Shown here one piece after another: positions 59,063 through 64,000 of a stretch of 64,000 bases of DNA. The position numbers and the translations under genes are program-made. The DNA comes from Candidatus Latescibacterota bacterium (lineage in GTDB: Bacteria > Latescibacterota > UBA2968 > GCA-2709665). The number at the start of each line of letters is the position of its first letter. The first letter of the stretch is position 1. Where the stretch lies: the NCBI GenBank assembly GCA_965116875.1, contig OZ220733.1:1440001-1504000 (forward strand), written 5' to 3'. Below the pieces are notes generated by a model. The model worked only from the letters and a program-made list of their open reading frames with translations. It was not told where the DNA came from and did no database searches.

Positions 59063-60142
59063 GTGCTCTCCATCCGCGTGAAGCGGGCGCTTGCGGATTT
59101 CACCCTGGACGTGGCGGTGGATTGTTCCTACCCCGTAACGGCGGTTTTCGGTCCTTCCGGAGCCGGGAAAACCACGCTGCTGAACCTTGTCGCGGGGCTG
59201 CTGCGGCCGGACGCCGGCGAGATCCGCCTGGGCAGCCGCGTGCTTTTTTCGTCCGAATCGGGTATCGATCTGCCGCCCGAACGCCGCCGCGTGGGGTACG
59301 TATTTCAGGAGGACCTGTTGTTTCCCCATCTGTCCGTATTGGAAAACCTGCGGTACGGATACGATCTGCTGTCTCCGGAATCCCGCCGGTTCGAGGTGGA
59401 GCCGATTGGGGACCTGATGGGCTTGACGGGGTTCCTGGACAGGCGTCCCTCGCGTCTTTCCGGCGGCGAGCGGCAGCGGGTGGCCCTTGCGCGGGCGATT
59501 CTGACGTCGCCGGACCTGCTCCTGATGGACGAGCCCCTGGCATCGCTGGATCAGGAGTTGAAAGATCGCATCATCCCGTACCTGCGGCACATCAGGACGG
59601 ACCTGGGCATTCCGATCCTCTACGTGAGCCATTCGGTCGCAGAGATCCTGGAGTTGACGGGTCAGGTGATCGTACTGAAGGCCGGGCGCGTGCTTGCGCA
59701 CGGCGACTTCTTTCACGTCGCCCATCTCCCCGAGGTGCTGCCGCTGGCAGAGGCGCACGGGTTCGAAAACGTCCTGCCGGTTGAAGTGGTGGGGCAGGAC
59801 GGGATCCGAAAGGGCTGCCGCGTGCGTTTTGGAAACCAGCACCTTCGTGTGCCCCCCTGCGACAGGCCGGTGGGAAGCCGGATTTTCATCGGCATCCGCG
59901 CAAACGACATTATCCTGTGCAGAAAACGGCCCGAGGGTCTGAGCATCCGCAATGCGATGCGGGGCCGGATCCTCGACATGCAGGACGTGGACGGAAAGCA
60001 ACTGGTCTACGTGGACGTGGGAAAACGGCTGGCCGTGGAGGTGACGCTGGAGGCGCTGGAAGAGTTGGGCCTCGAGGCGGGAGACGCCGTGATGTGTCTG
60101 GTGAAGGCCCACTCGATCCGGATCGGACCGGACATGGATTGA
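59063..60142 (+). CDS. modC: Molybdate ABC transporter ATPase
   Basis: GPSGAGKTT, LFPHLSV, LSGGERQRVA, DEPLASLD, C-terminal TOBE domain. Confidence 0.93.
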   Translation: MLSIRVKRALADFTLDVAVDCSYPVTAVFGPSGAGKTTLLNLVAGLLRPDAGEIRLGSRVLFSSESGIDLPPERRRVGYVFQEDLLFPHLSVLENLRYGYDLLSPESRRFEVEPIGDLMGLTGFLDRRPSRLSGGERQRVALARAILTSPDLLLMDEPLASLDQELKDRIIPYLRHIRTDLGIPILYVSHSVAEILELTGQVIVLKAGRVLAHGDFFHVAHLPEVLPLAEAHGFENVLPVEVVGQDGIRKGCRVRFGNQHLRVPPCDRPVGSRIFIGIRANDIILCRKRPEGLSIRNAMRGRILDMQDVDGKQLVYVDVGKRLAVEVTLEALEELGLEAGDAVMCLVKAHSIRIGPDMD

Positions 60143-60176
60143 CGGTGGGCGGGCGACCACGCGCGGGCGGCGAACT

Positions 60177-61130
60177 TCATGCTCCCGTTTCCTCATCTTC
60201 ATAGAGCAGTTTGAGGAGCGCAAGGAAGAGCCGGTCCCGCCGGTTTCGAACCTGATCGATGGATTCGGGCGTGTACTGGTGGAAACCGCGTCCGGTTTTT
60301 ACTCCGTAGTGGCCATCCTCAACCAGCTTCCGGATGCTGCCCGGGAGTTCGGTGTCCGACCGGATTTCAGGAACCAGAATCCCGTAGACCAGCGCAGAGA
60401 CGTCGAGACCCCCGAAGTCCCGAACCGAAAGAGGCCCCGTGGCTGCCAGCCGGAATCCGACGCTGGCCCGGACCGCACGGTCGATGTCCTCCGGCTCGGC
60501 CACGCCCCGGTCAAGCAGGTCCCAGACCTCGCGCTGCATGGCGACCTGGATCCGGTTGACCAGAAAGCCCGGGAGTTCCTTCTTGAGGCGGACCGGTACC
60601 TTGCCGATTTTCTTCAGTACGTCTGCCGCGGTCTGTGCGGTACGCTCGGTCGTGCGTTCGCCGGGCACGACTTCCACGAGCGGTACGATGTGAGGGGGAT
60701 TGAACCAGTGGGTCACGACCGCTCGTCCGGGATGCACGAGGTCCCGGGCGATTTCCGTCATGGGAAAAGAGGACGTATTGCTGGCCAGAATCGTCTCCCG
60801 CGAGACAGACGTTTCCACTCTGGCGAAGAGCTCCCGCTTGACGTCCAGGTCCTCTCGAACGGCCTCCGTCACCAGCCCCGCGGGTTCCACGGCTTCACGT
60901 TCGCTGCTGATAACCGCGATGCGACCCAGCGTTTCCCGGGCGGAGTCCGTCGTATCCATTCCGGCCTGAATGCGTTGCCGCAGATTCGACTCGATACGGC
61001 CGGAAAGAGATTCGCGGGCCGCGGAAGATTCGTCATAGCAGCGGACAATATGGCCCGCCGCGGCGAATGCCTGCGCGATGCCATGGCCCATCGTGCCCAG
61101 GCCGATCACGGCAATTGTCTGGAGCGCCAT
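60177..61130 (-). CDS. 3-hydroxyacyl-CoA dehydrogenase family
   Basis: GLGTMGHGIA, EAVRE, SNTSS, HWFNPP, GFLVNR. Confidence 0.92.
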   Translation of the reverse strand: MALQTIAVIGLGTMGHGIAQAFAAAGHIVRCYDESSAARESLSGRIESNLRQRIQAGMDTTDSARETLGRIAVISSEREAVEPAGLVTEAVREDLDVKRELFARVETSVSRETILASNTSSFPMTEIARDLVHPGRAVVTHWFNPPHIVPLVEVVPGERTTERTAQTAADVLKKIGKVPVRLKKELPGFLVNRIQVAMQREVWDLLDRGVAEPEDIDRAVRASVGFRLAATGPLSVRDFGGLDVSALVYGILVPEIRSDTELPGSIRKLVEDGHYGVKTGRGFHQYTPESIDQVRNRRDRLFLALLKLLYEDEETGA

Positions 61131-61214
61131 TTCAGTAGTCCCCGGGGGATGAACAGCGTCCGGCGTTTTCGGGGTATCCCCTGTTCCACTGTCCGAACCT
61201 GCTTGTGGTATGGG

Positions 61215-61306
61215 CTAACAGCCCGTTGAAAAAGCCCATCCGGGCTACCTGACTGCCAAGACTTCACTGGCAGGCCTGCAGAGCGACTATATCAACGGAC
61301 TGTTAA
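61215..61306. mobile_element. MITE family A, short inverted copy
   Basis: ctaacagcccgttgaaaaagcccatccgggctac...gcctgcagagcgactatatcaacggactgttaa. Confidence 0.82.
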
Positions 61307-62043
61307 ATCGTCTTGCCGCCGTCCACAACCAGGACCTGTCCGGTGACCAGTTCGTTCACAATCAGGCCCAGAATCCCGTTGGCGATATCTTCAGGTTCCG
61401 CGACGCGCTGAAGGGGCGTGGCCTCGCGATTCGCACGGATGAATTCGTCCCAGCCTTTTACCCAGCGCGTGTTGACGATACCGGGGGCCACGGCATTCAC
61501 CCGAATACGCGGCGCCTGGCTGATGGCCAGGGATTTGGTGAGGGATATCAGCGCCGCTTTGGAGGCGCAATACGCAATGGAACTTCCCTGCCCGCACGTG
61601 CCTGCGATCGATGCAACGTTGACGATCTGCCCACCGGCTTCGGGCATCCTGGGTATGGCTGCCCGGGCGCAGTAGAAGGCGCCCTTGACGTTGACGTCGA
61701 AGACCGGGTCCCAGGCCTCTTCGGTCAGCGCCTCCAGGTCGGCAAGCGGCACGAAGACGGTGGTACCCGCATTGTTGACCAGGACATCCAGTCGACCCAG
61801 TTCCTCAGCCACGCGGTCCACCATTTCGCGGACGGCGTTTTCGACCGACACGTCCGCGCGGATCGCGAGCGAGCTTCGGCCAAGCGCGCGGATTTCCGCG
61901 GCCGTGGCTTCGGCCTCGGTCATGGATCTCGAATAGTTGACGGCCACGTCGGCCCCTTCCGAGGCGAGGAGCAGGGAGGTCGCCCTGCCGATTCCCGTGC
62001 CGCCGCCGGTCACGAGCGCGACCTTTCCGTCCATACGGCCCAT
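61303..62043 (-). CDS. SDR family oxidoreductase
   Basis: TGGGTGIG, NNAG, YCASK, NAVAPG. Confidence 0.93.
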   Translation of the reverse strand: MGRMDGKVALVTGGGTGIGRATSLLLASEGADVAVNYSRSMTEAEATAAEIRALGRSSLAIRADVSVENAVREMVDRVAEELGRLDVLVNNAGTTVFVPLADLEALTEEAWDPVFDVNVKGAFYCARAAIPRMPEAGGQIVNVASIAGTCGQGSSIAYCASKAALISLTKSLAISQAPRIRVNAVAPGIVNTRWVKGWDEFIRANREATPLQRVAEPEDIANGILGLIVNELVTGQVLVVDGGKTI

Positions 62044-62260
62044 ATTGAGTCCTTTCTAACCTTGATTCGTACGTTTTCGTGGACGTTCATTCGTACTATG
62101 TCCAACTTGACAAAGGCGATTTAACTGCGGATTACCAGGATATACCAGTTCGCTTGACGTGAACGCAAACTTCCCCCGCATTCAGGCTCTTTGTGGCCAA
62201 TTTGACTGTTGTCTCTTTTCGAATTGAGGATGATTGGATGATAGGGGTTGTTCCCAGGCG

Positions 62261-63541
62261 TTACGAATCGCAAAACGGGATGGCCACGACGTCGCGGATG
62301 TGCCTGGCACCGGTAAGCACCATCAGAAGGCGATCGATGCCCAGTGCGATGCCTCCGGCCGGCGGCATACCGGCCTCGAGAGCCCCCAGAAATCGTTCGT
62401 CTATCGGGTACACCGGGCGGCCGCCGTGTTGTCGCTGCGCGGCTTCGTCTTCCAGGCGGGCTCTCTGTTCGGCGGGATCGTTCAGTTCCGTAAAGGCGTT
62501 GGCAAGTTCCACGCCGGACACATAGAGCTCGAACCGTTCCGCGATGCCGGGCGCGTTCTGTTTCAACCTGGCCAGCGCGGCCATTTCCGCGGGATAGTCC
62601 ACGAGAAACGTGGGACGCACCGCACCGAGGTGTTTTTCCACGGCGTCCAGAAACACCTTGAAGAAAGCGACCTCGAAAGGATCGCCCGAGGAGACCGAAC
62701 CGTGGCCCTGTTTCCGGGCTTCGTGAATAAACCCGTCCGGATCCCCGGCGGGATCGGCGCGCACGCCCGCGTACCTGGCAAATGCTTCCCGCACGCTCAG
62801 CCGTTGCCACGGCGGGGTAAAATCGACGGCTCGACCCCTGTACATGACCGACGAACTCCCGGTAATTTCACGCACCAGGCCATGAATCAGATTCTCGGTA
62901 TCTCCCATGATTGTGGTATAATCGGCGTACGCCCGGTACCATTCGAGGAGGGTGAATTCAGGACTGTGCATTGGACCGGGCGCGTCCTGGCGGAAGGACT
63001 TGCAGATCTGGAAGATGCGTTCGTACCCGGACGACAGGAGACGCTTCATCGCATATTCGGGTGAGGTGGGCAGGAAATAGCGCCGGGCGTGTCCGTTTTC
63101 GCTGTAGAGGGTTTCGAACGCGTCCAGATGGGGTTCCATGCCCGGGCTGGGGACGAGCAACGGGGTTTCGACCTCAAGGAATCCGGCGTTCTCGAAAAAG
63201 CGCCTGATAAACGACAGAACCCGGGCTCGCGTACGCAGAATCCGGGGGGCGGGCCCGGCTTCGGGAACGCGCAGCGCCGGCGCCAGCACACGGTGGTGCT
63301 GCACCTGAAATACAGGGGGCCGCCAGATACCCCGCAACTCGACAACGTCTGCAATGTGCAGATCTACCGTGGTCCGGCCGCACGCCAGGCCGACTTCGCC
63401 TGATTCATCAACCAGTCGCGGACCGTCCTCACCCCCGCCGGCGACGATCCGACCGGCCAATACTGCATCGTCGCCGGGCGCAAGTTCGGCGATGCGGTGG
63501 GTTCGTGCGCACCCGGCGGGATATTCTGCGGATTCGGGCAT
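62261..63541 (-). CDS. epmA: EF-P lysine aminoacylase (EpmA/GenX-like) with N-terminal extension
   Basis: FLEVETP, EPHLDAF, LPTSPEYAMKRLL, HSPEFTLLEWYR, ELANAFTEL, GIALGIDRL; start uncertain. Confidence 0.85.
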   Translation of the reverse strand: MPESAEYPAGCARTHRIAELAPGDDAVLAGRIVAGGGEDGPRLVDESGEVGLACGRTTVDLHIADVVELRGIWRPPVFQVQHHRVLAPALRVPEAGPAPRILRTRARVLSFIRRFFENAGFLEVETPLLVPSPGMEPHLDAFETLYSENGHARRYFLPTSPEYAMKRLLSSGYERIFQICKSFRQDAPGPMHSPEFTLLEWYRAYADYTTIMGDTENLIHGLVREITGSSSVMYRGRAVDFTPPWQRLSVREAFARYAGVRADPAGDPDGFIHEARKQGHGSVSSGDPFEVAFFKVFLDAVEKHLGAVRPTFLVDYPAEMAALARLKQNAPGIAERFELYVSGVELANAFTELNDPAEQRARLEDEAAQRQHGGRPVYPIDERFLGALEAGMPPAGGIALGIDRLLMVLTGARHIRDVVAIPFCDS

Positions 63542-63865
63542 AGACGTGGCCAAATGGTACGGGGATTTCCGGAAACAGGTCCAGGTAGCTGATTGATGAT
63601 TCTCAACTCCCCGGAAAGGCGACGTGGAATATAGGATAACCGGTGTCGAGGAGCAACAGGCATCCGTGCGGGACGGGATCTCCGACGGAAAAAAATCTCT
63701 TGCCGCCATTACATTTCTCGCGATATATTTCGTGGAGTGCGAGACCGGACCTACCCCCCATCCTGAAGGAAGAAGGAAGAAGGAAGAAGGAAAAAGTAGC
63801 GGTAACTTTGACGTCTGTCACTTCTGCAATCGGACTCTCGCAAGAATCGATTGGAAGCGGATTGC

Positions 63866-64000
63866 TTAGCAGTCCGTTGAGAAAGTCGCTCTGCAGGCGA
63901 GGCCGAGCCATTGTGGTCGAAGACAAGGCGCGCGACCGAGTCCCATCTTTCGATTCGGCGAGGGAGCGCAACGCAGTATTTCGACCGCAAGGGCCGGCCG
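63866..64000. mobile_element. MITE family A, copy 3 (runs off the window)
   Basis: Aligns closely with 34855-34892 joined to 35061-35153, without the nested insert. Confidence 0.85.

Noticed and set aside
63765-63796. (GAAGGAA)n heptamer tract
   Set aside because: Short simple intergenic repeat with no further structure.

Overview
A GC-rich bacterial chromosomal window. The TPR-exbB-exbD-exbD-tonB operon and the many sugar-acid/peptide catabolic paralogues suggest an FCB-group or Latescibacterota-like organism (inference only). Core genes: guaB, tRNA-Thr(TGT), cysS, ddl, ispDF, queA, DinG-exonuclease, smc, modBC and an EpmA-like ligase. A minus-strand catabolic block spans 31.9-41.6 kb, and an accessory block at 45.6-57.2 kb (visibly less GC-rich at about 47.8-55.3 kb) carries a YtrA-type GntR, an ABC system, S9 and S41 peptidases, and an intact plus a decayed TlpA-type redoxin. 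Best lead: an M20/AbgB amidohydrolase (38012-39334, minus) with an in-frame TGA exactly at the conserved Cys of the GHxCGH metal motif, followed by a SECIS-like hairpin, i.e. a candidate selenoenzyme. Also notable: a MITE nested inside another MITE family that abuts stop codons, adjacent RelA/SpoT and RNase II-like genes with degenerate catalytic motifs, an unfamiliar ~31-aa repeat in the redoxin, and a structured leader upstream of guaB. All calls are from reading the sequence by eye; no searches were run.
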